A stretch of 64,000 nucleotides of DNA from Dendrobates tinctorius (GCF_039654945.1 NW_027361988.1:1240001-1304000); one strand, 5' to 3'. Numbered from the stretch's first letter, positions 49,596 through 64,000 are shown. Translations and numbers: made by a program. The notes: generated by a model not told the origin, from the sequence alone.

Positions 49596-50979
49596 CAGAC
49601 CAAAGGTTTGGACACACCTCAATCAAAGCGTATTCTTTATTTTCATGACTATGGTTTAATAAGTGGGATTTCTTGCCTTATAAATGGGGTTGGGACCATC
49701 AGTTGTGCAGAAGTCTGGTGGATACACAGCTGATAGTCCTACTGAATAGACTATTAGAATTTGTATTATGGCAAGAAAAAAGCAGCTGAGTAAAGAAAAA
49801 CGAGTGGCCATTATTACTTTAAGAAATGAAGGTCAGTCAGTCCGAAAAATTGGGAAAACTTTGAAAGTGTCCCCACGTGCAGTGGCAAAAACCATCAAGC
49901 GCTACAAAGAAACTGGCTCACATGAGGACCGCTCCAGGAAAGGAAGACCAAGAGTCACCTCTGCTGCGGAGGATAAGTTCATCCGAGTCACCAGCCTCAG
50001 AAATCGCAGGTTAACAGCAGCTCAGATCAGAGACCAGGTCAATGCCACACAGAGTTCTAGCAGCAGACACATCTCTACAACAACTGCTAAGAGGAGACTT
50101 TGTGCAGCAGGCCTTCATGGTAAAATAGCTGCTAGGAAACCACTGCTAAGGACAGGCAACAAGCAGAAGAGACTTGTTTGGGCTAAAGAACTCAAGGAAT
50201 GGACATTAGACCAGTGGAAATCTGTGCTTTGGTCTGATGAGTCCAAATTTGAGATCTTTGGTTCCAACCACCTTGTCTTTGTGCGACGCAGAAAAGGTGA
50301 ACGGATGGACTCTACATACCTGGTTCCCACCGTGAAGCATGGAGGAGGAGGTGTGATGGTGTGGGGGTGCTTTACTGGTGACACTGTTGGGGATTTATTC
50401 AAAATTGAAGGCATACTGAACCAGCATGGCCACCACAGCATCTTGCAGCGGCATGCTATTCCATCCGGTTTGTGTTTAGCTGGACCATCATTTATTTTTC
50501 AACAGGACAATGACCTCAAACACACCTCCAGGCTGTGTAAGGGCTATTTGACCAAGAAGGAGAGTGATCGGGTGCTACGCCAGATGACCTGGCCTCCACA
50601 GTCACCAGACCTGAACCCAATCGAGATGGTTTGGGGTGAGCTGGACCGCAGAGTGAAGGCCAAAGGGCCAACAAGTGCTAAGCATCTCTGGGAACTCCTT
50701 CAAGACTGTTGGAAGACCATTTCCAGTGACTACCTCTTGAAGCTCATCAACAGAATGCCAAGAGTGTGCAAAGCAGTAATCAAAGCAAAAGGTGGCTACT
50801 TTGAAGAACCTAGAATATAAGACACATTTTCAGTTGTTTCACACTTTTTTGTTAATTATATAATTCCACATGTGTTAATTCATAGCTTTGATGCCTTCAG
50901 AGTGAATCTACAATTTTCATAGTCATGAAAATAAAGCAAACTCTTTGAATGAGAAGGTGTGTCCAAACTTTGGTCTGTA
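49591..50979 (+). mobile_element. Tc1-like transposon, DD38E (Intruder) family
   Basis: TIRs tacagaccaaaggtttggacacacc / ggtgtgtccaaactttggtctgta. The left end appears internally deleted and the right tip is interrupted by another Tc1. Confidence 0.9.
49768..50820 (+). CDS. DD38E transposase, 350 aa, uninterrupted
   Basis: GRPR AT-hook, WSDES, FQQDND...SPDLNPIE with 38 residues between D and E. Confidence 0.92.
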   Translation: MARKKQLSKEKRVAIITLRNEGQSVRKIGKTLKVSPRAVAKTIKRYKETGSHEDRSRKGRPRVTSAAEDKFIRVTSLRNRRLTAAQIRDQVNATQSSSSRHISTTTAKRRLCAAGLHGKIAARKPLLRTGNKQKRLVWAKELKEWTLDQWKSVLWSDESKFEIFGSNHLVFVRRRKGERMDSTYLVPTVKHGGGGVMVWGCFTGDTVGDLFKIEGILNQHGHHSILQRHAIPSGLCLAGPSFIFQQDNDLKHTSRLCKGYLTKKESDRVLRQMTWPPQSPDLNPIEMVWGELDRRVKAKGPTSAKHLWELLQDCWKTISSDYLLKLINRMPRVCKAVIKAKGGYFEEPRI

Positions 50980-51909
50980 CAGCCATGGCTAAAAATTTTG
51001 AGAATGACACAAATAATAATTTTTACAAAGTCTACTGCTTCATTTTTTCTAATGGCAATTTGCATATACTCCAGAATGTTATAAAGAGTGATCAGCTTAA
51101 CAGCAATTACTTGCAAAGTCAATATTTGCCTAGAAAATTAACTTTATCCCCCAAAATACATTTCAACATCATTGCAGCCCTGCCTTAAAAGGACCAGCTA
51201 ACATCGTTTCAGTGATTGCTCCATTAACACAGGTGTGGGTGTTGATGAGGACAGGGCTGGAGATCAATCTGTCATGATTAAGTAAGAATGACACCACTGG
51301 ACACTTTAAAAGGAGGCTGGTGCTTGGCATCATTGTTTCTCTTCTGTTAACCATGGTTATCTCTAAAGAAACACGTGCAGTCATCATTGCACTGCACAAA
51401 AATGGCCTAACAGGGAAGAGTATCGCAGCTAGAAAGAATGCACCTCAGTCAACAATCTATCGCATCATCAAGAACTTCAAGGAGAGAGGTTCCCTTGTTG
51501 CCAAAAAGGCTCCAGGGCGCCCAAGAAAGACCAGCAAGCGCCAGGACCGTCTCTTAAAAGTGCTTCAGCTGTGGGATCGGACTACCAGCAGTGCAGAGCT
51601 TGCTCAGGAATGGCAGCAGGCAGGTGTGAGTGCTTCTGCACACGCTGTGAGGCGGAGACTCTTGGAGCAAGGCCTGGTCTCAAGGAGGACAGCAAAGAAG
51701 CCACTTCTCTCCAGAAAAAACATCATGGACAGACTGATATTCTGCAAGAGGTACAGGGAGTGGACTGCTGAGGACTGGGGTAAAGTCATTTTCTCTGATG
51801 AATCCCCTTTTCGATTGTTTGGGACATCTGGAAAACGGCTTATTCGGAGAAGACCAGGTGAGCGCTACCACCAGTCTTGTCTCATGCCAACTGTCAAGCA
51901 TCCTGAAAC
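50980..51909 (+). mobile_element. Truncated Tc1-like element (left TIR plus transposase N-half from ATG 51353)
   Basis: Starts at TA|cagccatggc. GRPRKT, FSDES, and PTVKH motifs, then cut off at cagggccg. Confidence 0.9.
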
Positions 51910-52660
51910 CAGGGCCGCCATCAGGGCATGACAGGCCTTACATGTGTATGGGGCCCGGTGATTAGGGGGGCCCGACCATGCTGGCAGCCCGATCCGCGCT
52001 GGGGCCCCCCTACATTTTATACAGGCTTCTGCAGCTATATTTTAAATTCAGACTCAGCGCCTGCCGGGCCCCTCGGGCAGGCCCCCCCCCCCCCGCACCA
52101 TGGTCCAGCCAGCGCCGAAATCCCCCCCTGCACAATGGTCCAGCCACAGCTCCGCCCTCACCTGACGTCACACACTGCTCTGCTCCTCCACTTCCTCATT
52201 CAGTCAGTGTGCCACGTGGGACTGGGAGAGGGAGGGAGCCTCGCCGCTGGAGCACAGCCAGATAACAAGGTAAGCATTTTTTTTTTTTTTTTTTTTGAGA
52301 GCGGCTATCCAGGGAGCCTGGGGCAGAATGCTGGACATGGGGCATAATGCTGGACACTGGGGGCAGAATGCTGGACGCTGGGGACAGAATGCTGGACGCT
52401 GGTGGCAGAATGCTGGATATGAGGGCAGACTGTGAGACGGGGCAGAATGCTGGACGCTGGGGCAGAATTCTGGACATGGGGCAGAAGAATGCTGGACGCT
52501 GGGGCAGAATTCTGGACATGGGGCAGAAGAATGCTGGACGCTGGGGCAGAATTCTGGACATGGGGCAGAAGAATGCTGGACGCTGGGGCAGAATGCTGGA
52601 GACTGAGGCAGAATGCTGGACATGGGGGCAGGCTGTGAGCTGGGGCAGAATGTTGGATAC
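51910..52660. mobile_element. Probable non-autonomous hAT-like element end with an internal ~20-bp minisatellite (ggggcagaatgctggac...)
   Basis: A CAGGGCCG terminus interrupts the Tc1 ORF. Tandem repeat at 52315-52660. Confidence 0.5.
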
Positions 52661-55050
52661 AGATACTGCACAGTACCACTCATCCTGTATATATATACAC
52701 TGCACAGTACCACTCCTGTATATGTATATACTGCACAGTACCACTCCTCCTGTATATATACACTGCACAGTACCACTCCTGTATATGTATATACTGCACA
52801 GTACCACTCCTGTATATGTATATACTGCACAGTACCACTCCTATATATACACTGCACAGTACCCCTCCTCCTGTATATATACACTGCACAGTATCACTCC
52901 TCCTGTATATATACACTGCACAGTACCCCTCCTGTATATATACACTGCACAGCACCACTCCTATATATACACTGCACAGTACCACTCCTCCTGTATATAT
53001 AAACTGCACAGTACCACTCCTGTCCTGTATATACACACAGCACAGTACCACTCCTCCTGTATATATACACTGCACAGTACCACTCCTCCTGTCCTGTATA
53101 TATGCACTGCACAGTACCACTCCTCCTGTATATATACACTGCACAGTACCCCTCCTCCTGCATATATGCACTGCACAGTACTACTCCTGTCCTGTATATA
53201 TACACCGCACAGTACCACTCCTGTTCTGCATATATGCACTGCACAGTACCACTCCTGTCCTGTATATATACACTGCACAGTACCACTCCTGTCTATATAC
53301 ACTGCACAGTCCCACTCCTGTATATATACACTGCACAGTACCACTCCTGTCCTGCATATACACACTGCACAGTAACACTCCTGTACATATACACTGCACA
53401 GTACCACTCCTGTATATACACTGCACAGTACCACTCCTGTCCTGTATATATACACTGCACAGCACCACTCCTCCTGTCCTGTATATATGCACTGCACAGT
53501 ACCACTCCTGTCCTGTATATATGCACTGCACAGCACCACTCCTGTCCTGTATATATACACTGCACAGCACCACTCCTCCTGTCCTGTATATATACACTGC
53601 ACAGTACCACTCCTATATATACACTGCACAGTAACCCTCCTGTATATGTATATACTGCACAGTACCACTCATCCTGTATATATATACACTGCACAGTACC
53701 ACTCCTGTATATGTATATACTGCACAGTACCACTCCTCCTGTATATATACACTGCACAGTACCACTCCTGTATATGTATATACTGCACAGTACCACTCCT
53801 GTATATGTATATACTGCACAGTACCACTCCTATATATACACTGCACAGTACCCCTCCTCCTGTATATATACACTGCACAGTATCACTCCTCCTGTATATA
53901 TACACTGCACAGTACCCCTCCTGTATATATACACTGCACAGCACCACTCCTATATATACACTGCACAGTACCCCTCCTCCTGCATATATGCACTGCACAG
54001 TACTACTCCTGTCCTGTATATATACACCGCACAGTACCACTCCTGTTCTGCATATATGCACTGCACAGTACCACTCCTGTCCTGTATATATACACTGCAC
54101 AGTACCACTCCTGTCTATATACACTGCACAGTCCCACTCCTGTATATATACAATGCACAGTACCACTCCTGTCCTGCATATACACACTGCACAGTAACAC
54201 TCCTGTACATATACACTGCACAGTACCACTCCTGTATATGTATATACACAGCACCACTCCTGTCTATATACACTGCACAGTCCCACTCCTGTATATATAC
54301 ACTGCACAGTACCACTCCTGTCCTGCATATACACACTGCACAGTAACACTCCTGTACATATACACTGCACAGTACCACTCCTGTATATACACTGCACAGT
54401 ACCACTCCTGTCCTGTATATATACACTGCACAGCACCACTCCTCCTGTCCTGTATATATGCACTGCACAGTACCACTCCTGTCCTGTATATATGCACTGC
54501 ACAGCACCACTCCTGTCCTGTATATATACACTGCACAGCACCACTCCTCCTGTCCTGTATATATACACTGCACAGTACCACTCCTATATATACACTGCAC
54601 AGTAACCCTCCTCCTGCATATATGCACTGCACAGTACCACTCCTGTCCTGTATATATACACTGCACAGTACCACTCCTCCTTTCCTGTATATATACACTG
54701 CACAGTACCACTCCTCCTGTCCTGTATATATACCCTGCACAGCACCACTCCTGTCCTGTATATATACACTGCACAGTACCACTCCTGCATATATGCACTG
54801 CACAGTACCACTCCTGTCCTGTATATATACACTGCACAGTACCACTCCTGTCCTGAATATATCCACTGCACAGTACCACTCCTGTCCTGTATATATACAC
54901 ACTGCACAGTACCACTCCTGTCTATATACACTGCACAGTTCCACTCCTGTATATATACAATGCACAGTACCACTCCTGTCCTGCATATACACACTGCACA
55001 GTACCACTCCTCCTGTATATATACACTGCACAGTACCACTCCTGTATATA

Positions 55051-55498
55051 GAAAGTACCAAACAAAGAAGCAGTCAAAAAATCCATAAAACTATGATATT
55101 TATTAAAGATAATTTAAAACATTAATAGATATGGACACACAGTGTTTGGACAGGGAAAAGGAACAGCATATAAATGAACACAATGGTCATGAAGGGCCAA
55201 CGAAGCTGCAAACACCCCGCCAGGATAGTAAAATGCAGAGCTAGATGGTATAGCTAATAAGAGTTAAGGGGTTATATAAAGTATAATAAGACAAATCATA
55301 CAGCAAGTGCTACAATCCTTCATAAGAAGTATACCCTGACAAAGTGCAAATGCGCACATGCAAAATTGGTGTATAATACACGTCATACTAATGACCTAAT
55401 AAACTGCATTACTATACCTGAAGTACGGGGGGAAGCAGCAAGGTCGGTCCTATCCCCGACGCGCGTTTCGGAGCTAGAAAAACAACTTCCTCAGGGAA
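55051..55498 (-). mobile_element. 448-bp Penelope-like pLTR insert, copy 1 (others 57627-58074 and 60419-60866)
   Basis: Non-satellite block with a hammerhead motif at its 5' end and AATAAA near its 3' end on the minus strand. Confidence 0.7.
55453..55498 (-). ncRNA. Minimal type I hammerhead ribozyme motif, copy 1
   Basis: ttcc-CTGAGGA-agttg..tagct-cc-GAAA-cgcgcg-TC-gggg. Confidence 0.7.
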
Positions 55499-58028
55499 GC
55501 ACCACTCCTCCTGTCCTGTATATATACACTGCACAGTACCACTCCTGTCCTGTATATATAAACTGCACAGCACCACTCCTCCTGTCCTGTATATATGCAC
55601 TGCACAGTACCACTCCTCCTGTATATATAAACTGCACAGTACCACTCCTGTCCTGTATATACACACAGCACAGTACCACTCCTCCTGTATATATACACTG
55701 CACAGTACCACTCCTCCTGTCCTGTATATATGCACTGCACAGTACCACTCCTCCTGTATATATACACTGCACAGTACCACTCCTGTCCTGTATATATAAA
55801 CTGCACAGCACCACTCCTGTCCTGTATATATGCACTGCACAGTACCACTCCTCCTGTATATATAAACTGCACAGTACCACTCCTGTCCTGCATATACACA
55901 CAGCACAGTACCACTCCTCCTGTATATATACACTGCACAGTACCACTCCTCCTGTCCTGTATATATGCACTGCACAGTACCACTCCTGTCCTGCATATAC
56001 ACACTGCACAGTAACACTCCTGTACATATACACTGCACAGTACCACTCCTGTATATACACTGCACAGTACCACTCCTGTCCTGTATATATACACTGCACA
56101 GCACCACTCCTCCTGTCCTGTATATATGCACTGCACAGTACCACTCCTGTCCTGTATATATGCACTGCACAGCACCACTCCTGTCCTGTATATATACACT
56201 GCACAGCACCACTCCTCCTGTCCTGTATATATACACTGCACAGTACCACTCCTATATATACACTGCACAGTAACCCTCCTGTATATGTATATACTGCACA
56301 GTACCACTCATCCTGTATATATATACACTGCACAGTACCACTCCTGTATATGTATATACTGCACAGTACCACTCCTCCTGTATATATACACTGCACAGTA
56401 CCACTCCTGTATATGTATATACTGCACAGTACCACTCCTGTATATGTATATACTGCACAGTACCACTCCTATATATACACTGCACAGTACCCCTCCTCCT
56501 GTATATATACACTGCACAGTATCACTCCTCCTGTATATATACACTGCACAGTACCCCTCCTGTATATATACACTGCACAGCACCACTCCTATATATACAC
56601 TGCACAGTACCCCTCCTCCTGCATATATGCACTGCACAGTACTACTCCTGTCCTGTATATATACACCGCACAGTACCACTCCTGTTCTGCATATATGCAC
56701 TGCACAGTACCACTCCTGTCCTGTATATATACACTGCACAGTACCACTCCTGTCTATATACACTGCACAGTCCCACTCCTGTATATATACACTGCACAGT
56801 ACCACTCCTGTATATGTATATACACAGCACCACTCCTGTCTATATACACTGCACAGTACCACTCCTGTATATATACACTGCACAGTACCACTCCTGTCCT
56901 GCATATACACACTGCACAGTAACACTCCTGTACATATACACTGCACAGTACCACTCCTGTATATACACTGCACAGTACCACTCCTGTCCTGTATATATAC
57001 ACTGCACAGCACCACTCCTCCTGTCCTGTATATATGCACTGCACAGTACCACTCCTGTCCTGTATATATGCACTGCACAGCACCACTCCTGTCCTGTATA
57101 TATACACTGCACAGCACCACTCCTCCTGTCCTGTATATATACACTGCACAGTACCACTCCTATATATACACTGCACAGTAACCCTCCTCCTGCATATATG
57201 CACTGCACAGTACCACTCCTGTCCTGTATATATACACTGCACAGTACCACTCCTCCTTTCCTGTATATATACACTGCACAGTACCACTCCTCCTGTCCTG
57301 TATATATACCCTGCACAGCACCACTCCTGTCCTGTATATATACACTGCACAGTACCACTCCTGCATATATGCACTGCACAGTACCACTCCTGTCCTGTAT
57401 ATATACACTGCACAGTACCACTCCTGTCCTGAATATATCCACTGCACAGTACCACTCCTGTCCTGTATATATACACACTGCACAGTACCACTCCTGTCTA
57501 TATACACTGCACAGTTCCACTCCTGTATATATACAATGCACAGTACCACTCCTGTCCTGCATATACACACTGCACAGTACCACTCCTCCTGTATATACAC
57601 ACTGCACAGTACCACTCCTGTATATAGAAAGTACCAAACAAAGAAGCAGTCAAAAAATCCATAAAACTATGATATTTATTAAAGATAATTTAAAACATTA
57701 ATAGATATGGACACACAGTGTTTGGACAGGGAAAAGGAACAGCATATAAATGAACACAATGGTCATGAAGGGCCAACGAAGCTGCAAACACCCCGCCAGG
57801 ATAGTAAAATGCAGAGCTAGATGGTATAGCTAATAAGAGTTAAGGGGTTATATAAAGTATAATAAGACAAATCATACAGCAAGTGCTACAATCCTTCATA
57901 AGAAGTATACCCTGACAAAGTGCAAATGCGCACATGCAAAATTGGTGTATAATACACGTCATACTAATGACCTAATAAACTGCATTACTATACCTGAAGT
58001 ACGGGGGGAAGCAGCAAGGTCGGTCCTA

Positions 58029-58074
58029 TCCCCGACGCGCGTTTCGGAGCTAGAAAAACAACTTCCTCAGGGAA
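58029..58074 (-). ncRNA. Minimal type I hammerhead ribozyme motif, copy 2
   Basis: Identical to copy 1. Confidence 0.7.
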
Positions 58075-60820
58075 GCACCACTCCTCCTGTCCTGTATATA
58101 TACACTGCACAGTACCACTCCTGTCCTGTATATATAAACTGCACAGCACCACTCCTCCTGTCCTGTATATATGCACTGCACAGTACCACTCCTCCTGTAT
58201 ATATAAACTGCACAGTACCACTCCTGTCCTGTATATACACACAGCACAGTACCACTCCTCCTGTATATATACACTGCACAGTACCACTCCTCCTGTCCTG
58301 TATATATGCACTGCACAGTACCACTCCTCCTGTATATATACACTGCACAGTACCACTCCTGTCCTGTATATATAAACTGCACAGCACCACTCCTGTCCTG
58401 TATATATGCACTGCACAGTACCACTCCTCCTGTATATATAAACTGCACAGTACCACTCCTGTCCTGCATATACACACAGCACAGTACCACTCCTCCTGTA
58501 TATATACACTGCACAGTACCACTCCTCCTGTCCTGTATATATGCACTGCACAGTACCACTCCTGTCCTGCATATACACACTGCACAGTAACACTCCTGTA
58601 CATATACACTGCACAGTACCACTCCTGTATATACACTGCACAGTACCACTCCTGTCCTGTATATATACACTGCACAGCACCACTCCTCCTGTCCTGTATA
58701 TATGCACTGCACAGTACCACTCCTGTCCTGTATATATGCACTGCACAGCACCACTCCTGTCCTGTATATATACACTGCACAGCACCACTCCTCCTGTCCT
58801 GTATATATACACTGCACAGTACCACTCCTATATATACACTGCACAGTAACCCTCCTGTATATGTATATACTGCACAGTACCACTCATCCTGTATATATAT
58901 ACACTGCACAGTACCACTCCTGTATATGTATATACTGCACAGTACCACTCCTCCTGTATATATACACTGCACAGTACCACTCCTGTATATGTATATACTG
59001 CACAGTACCACTCCTGTATATGTATATACTGCACAGTACCACTCCTATATATACACTGCACAGTACCCCTCCTCCTGTATATATACACTGCACAGTATCA
59101 CTCCTCCTGTATATATACACTGCACAGTACCCCTCCTGTATATGTATATACTGCACAGTACCACTCCTCCTGTATATATACACTGCACAGTACCACTCCT
59201 GTATATGTATATACTGCACAGTACCACTCCTGTATATGTATATACTGCACAGTACCACTCCTATATATACACTGCACAGTACCCCTCCTCCTGTATATAT
59301 ACACTGCACAGTATCACTCCTCCTGTATATATACACTGCACAGTACCCCTCCTGTATATATACACTGCACAGCACCACTCCTATATATACACTGCACAGT
59401 ACCCCTCCTCCTGCATATATGCACTGCACAGTACTACTCCTGTCCTGTATATATACACCGCACAGTACCACTCCTGTTCTGCATATATGCACTGCACAGT
59501 ACCACTCCTGTCCTGTATATATACACTGCACAGTACCACTCCTGTCTATATACACTGCACAGTCCCACTCCTGTATATATACACTGCACAGTACCACTCC
59601 TGTATATGTATATACACAGCACCACTCCTGTCTATATACACTGCACAGTACCACTCCTGTATATATACACTGCACAGTACCACTCCTGTCCTGCATATAC
59701 ACACTGCACAGTAACACTCCTGTACATATACACTGCACAGTACCACTCCTGTATATACACTGCACAGTACCACTCCTGTCCTGTATATATACACTGCACA
59801 GCACCACTCCTCCTGTCCTGTATATATGCACTGCACAGTACCACTCCTGTCCTGTATATATGCACTGCACAGCACCACTCCTGTCCTGTATATATACACT
59901 GCACAGCACCACTCCTCCTGTCCTGTATATATACACTGCACAGTACCACTCCTATATATACACTGCACAGTAACCCTCCTCCTGCATATATGCACTGCAC
60001 AGTACCACTCCTGTCCTGTATATATACACTGCACAGTACCACTCCTCCTTTCCTGTATATATACACTGCACAGTACCACTCCTCCTGTCCTGTATATATA
60101 CCCTGCACAGCACCACTCCTGTCCTGTATATATACACTGCACAGTACCACTCCTGCATATATGCACTGCACAGTACCACTCCTGTCCTGTATATATACAC
60201 TGCACAGTACCACTCCTGTCCTGAATATATCCACTGCACAGTACCACTCCTGTCCTGTATATATACACACTGCACAGTACCACTCCTGTCTATATACACT
60301 GCACAGTTCCACTCCTGTATATATACAATGCACAGTACCACTCCTGTCCTGCATATACACACTGCACAGTACCACTCCTCCTGTATATATACACTGCACA
60401 GTACCACTCCTGTATATAGAAAGTACCAAACAAAGAAGCAGTCAAAAAATCCATAAAACTATGATATTTATTAAAGATAATTTAAAACATTAATAGATAT
60501 GGACACACAGTGTTTGGACAGGGAAAAGGAACAGCATATAAATGAACACAATGGTCATGAAGGGCCAACGAAGCTGCAAACACCCCGCCAGGATAGTAAA
60601 ATGCAGAGCTAGATGGTATAGCTAATAAGAGTTAAGGGGTTATATAAAGTATAATAAGACAAATCATACAGCAAGTGCTACAATCCTTCATAAGAAGTAT
60701 ACCCTGACAAAGTGCAAATGCGCACATGCAAAATTGATGTATAATACACGTCATACTAATGACCTAATAAACTGCATTACTATACCTGAAGTACGGGGGG
60801 AAGCAGCAAGGTCGGTCCTA

Positions 60821-60866
60821 TCCCCGACGCGCGTTTCGGAGCTAGAAAAACAACTTCCTCAGGGAA
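60821..60866 (-). ncRNA. Minimal type I hammerhead ribozyme motif, copy 3
   Basis: Identical to copy 1. Confidence 0.7.
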
Positions 60867-63800
60867 GCACCACTCCTCCTGTCCTGTATATATACACTGC
60901 ACAGTACCACTCCTGTCCTGTATATATAAACTGCACAGCACCACTCCTCCTGTCCTGTATATATGCACTGCACAGTACCACTCCTCCTGTATATATAAAC
61001 TGCACAGTACCACTCCTGTCCTGTATATACACACAGCACAGTACCACTCCTCCTGTATATATACACTGCACAGTACCACTCCTCCTGTCCTGTATATATG
61101 CACTGCACAGTACCACTCCTCCTGTATATATACACTGCACAGTACCACTCCTGTCCTGTATATATAAACTGCACAGCACCACTCCTGTCCTGTATATATG
61201 CACTGCACAGTACCACTCCTCCTGTATATATAAACTGCACAGTACCACTCCTGTCCTGCATATACACACAGCACAGTACCACTCCTCCTGTATATATACA
61301 CTGCACAGTACCACTCCTCCTGTCCTGTATATATGCACTGCACAGTACCACTCCTGTATATATACACTGCACAGTACCACTCCTGTCCTGCATATACACA
61401 CAGCACAGTACCACTCCTCCTGTATATATACACTGCACAGTACCACTCCTCCTGTCCTGTATATATGCACTGCACAGTACCACTCCTCCTGTATATATAC
61501 ACTGCACAGTACCACTCCTGTCTATACACACTGCGCAGTCCCACTCCTGTATATATACACTGCACAGTACCACTCCTGTCCTGTATATATACACTGCACA
61601 GTACCACTCTTCCTGTATATATACACTGCACAGCACCACTCCTCCTATATACACTGCACAGTACCCCTCCTCCTGTATATATACACTGCACAGTACCACT
61701 CGTGTCTTGTATATATACACTGCACAGCACCACTCCTCCTGTCCTGCATATATGCACTGCACAGTACCACTCATGCCATGTATATATATACACTGCACAG
61801 TACCACTCCTGTCTATATACACTGCACAGTCCCACTCCTGTCCTGCATATACACACTGCACAGTACCACTCCTGCATATATACATTGCACAGCACCACTC
61901 CTGTATATACACTGCACAGTACCACTCCTGTCCAGTATATATACACTGCACAGTACCACTCCTGTCCAGTATATATACACTGCACAGTACCACTCCTGTC
62001 CTGTATATATACACTGCACAGCACCACTCCTCCTGTCCTGCATATATGCACTGCACACTACCACTCATGTCCTGTCTATATACACTGCACAGTACCACTC
62101 TTGTCTATATACACTGCACAGTCCCACTCCTGTATATATACACTGCACAGTACCACTCCTGTCCTGCATATATACACTGCACAGCACCACTCCTCCTGTG
62201 ATGTATATATACACTGCACAGCACCACTCCTGTCCTGTATATATACACTCCACAGTACCACTCCTCCTGTATATATACACTGCACAGTACCACTCCTCCT
62301 GTATATATACACTGCACAGTACCACTCCTCCTGTATATATACACTGCACAGTACCACTCCTCCTGTATATATACACTGCACAGTACCACTCCTGTCCTGT
62401 ATATATGCACTGCACAGTACCACTCCTGTCCTGTATATATACACTGCACAGTACCACTCCTGTCCTGCATATATGCATTGCACAGTACCACTCCTGTCCT
62501 GTGTATATACACACTGCACAGTACCACTCCTGTCTATATACACTGCACAGTTCCACTCCTGTATATATACACTGCACAGTACCACTCCTGTCCTGCATAT
62601 ACACACTGCACAGTACCACTCCTCCTGTATTTATACACTGCACAGTACCACTCCTGTATATACACTGCACAGTACCACTCCTGTCCTGTATATATACACT
62701 CCACAGCACCACTCCTCCTGTCCTGTATATATACACTGCACAGCACCACTCCTCCTGTCCTGTATATATACACTGCACAGCACCACTCCTCCTGTCCTGT
62801 ATATATACACTGCACAGCACCACTCCTGTCCTGTATATACACACTGCACAGTACCACTCCTGTCCTGCATATACACACAGCACAGTACCACTTTTCCTGT
62901 ATATATACACTGCACAGTACCACTCCTGTCCTGTATATATACACTCCACAGCACCACTCCTCCTGTCCTGTATATATACACTGCACAGTACCACTCCTCC
63001 TGTCCTGTATATATGCACTGCACAGTACCACTCCTCCTGTCTATACACACTGCACAGTCCCACTCCTGTATATATGCACTGCACAGTACCACTCCTGTAT
63101 ATATACACTGCACAGTACCACTCCTCCTGTATATATACACTGCACAGCACCACTCCTCCTGTATATACACTGCACAGTACCCCTCCTGTATATATACACT
63201 GCACAGTACCACTCGTGTCCTGTATATATACACTGCACAGCACCACTCCTCCTGTCCTGCATATATGCACTGCACTATCCACTCATGCCCTGTATATATA
63301 CACTGCACAGTACCACTCCTGTCTATATACACTGCACAGTCCCACTCCTGTATATATACACTGCACAGTCCCACTCCTGTCCTGCATATACACACTGCAC
63401 AGTACCACTCCTGCATATATACATTGCACAGCACCACTCCTGTATATAAACTGCACAGTACCACTCCTGTCCTGTATATATACACTGCACAGTACCACTC
63501 CTGTCCTGTATATATACCCTGCACAGCACCACTCCTCCTGTCCTGCATATATGCACTGCACAGTACCACTCCTGTCTATATACACTGCACAGTCCCACTC
63601 CTGTATATATACACTGCACAGTCCCACTCCTGTCCTGCATATACACACTGCACAGTACCACTCCTGCATATATACATTGCACAGCACCACTCCTGTATAT
63701 ACACTGCACAGTACCACTCCTGTCCTGTATATATACACTGCACAGTACCACTCCTGTCCTGTATATATACACTGCACAGCACCACTCCTCCTGTCCTGCA

Positions 63801-64000
63801 TATATGCACTGCACAGTACCACTCATGTCCTGTCTATATACACTGCACAGTACCACTCCTGTCTATATACACTGCACAGTCCCACTCCTGTATATATACA
63901 CTGCACAGTACCACTCTTGTCCTGCATATATACACTGCACAGCACCACTCCTCCTGTGATGTATATATACACTGCACAGCACCACTCCTGTCCTGTATAT

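Larger units (their letters stand above)
52664..64000. repeat. Satellite array, 27-38-bp unit tacactgcacagtaccactcc(tcc)(tgtcc)tgtatata, with 2.6-2.8-kb higher-order repeats
   Basis: Continuous tandem array running to the window edge. Identical ORF translations recur at offsets of 2576 and 2792 bp. Confidence 0.98.

Noticed and set aside
52196-63856. Many long Cys/His/Tyr-rich ORFs (up to 590 aa)
   Set aside because: They are translations of a stop-poor satellite, open in most frames on both strands, with no domain structure.

Overview
Eukaryotic, repeat-dense DNA, most likely from an anuran amphibian (inferred from the transposon repertoire). No intact host protein-coding gene is visible. 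In order: (1) 1-2.7 kb: two minisatellites around a CpG promoter with a candidate first exon, plus a palindromic MITE. (2) 3.3-9.1 kb: a decayed Ty3/gypsy chromovirus with a self-priming-type PBS. (3) 9.2-19.4 kb: a TTAA-flanked piggyBac relic containing a second, truncated gypsy copy and a nearly intact intron-containing hAT transposon. (4) 19.5-20.7 kb: an intact DD36E Tc1-like transposon. (5) 21.4-45.3 kb: about three copies of a 7-8.5 kb macro-repeat. Each unit carries a CR1 reverse transcriptase segment, an oppositely oriented tRNA-Leu-derived tandem array, promoter and exon-like signals, and a hAT deletion derivative. (6) 45.5-46.6 kb: an internally deleted SSU72 pseudogene with its CpG promoter, followed by a G-rich minisatellite. 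(7) 49.6-51.9 kb: a DD38E Tc1-like element and a truncated Tc1. (8) 52.7-64 kb: a ~30-bp satellite in which a 448-bp Penelope-like insert carrying a hammerhead-ribozyme motif recurs every 2.6-2.8 kb. The best candidates for undescribed biology are the RT plus tRNA-array macro-repeat and the hammerhead-punctuated satellite. Both are hypotheses from sequence alone. Coordinates were read by eye and may be off by a few bases.
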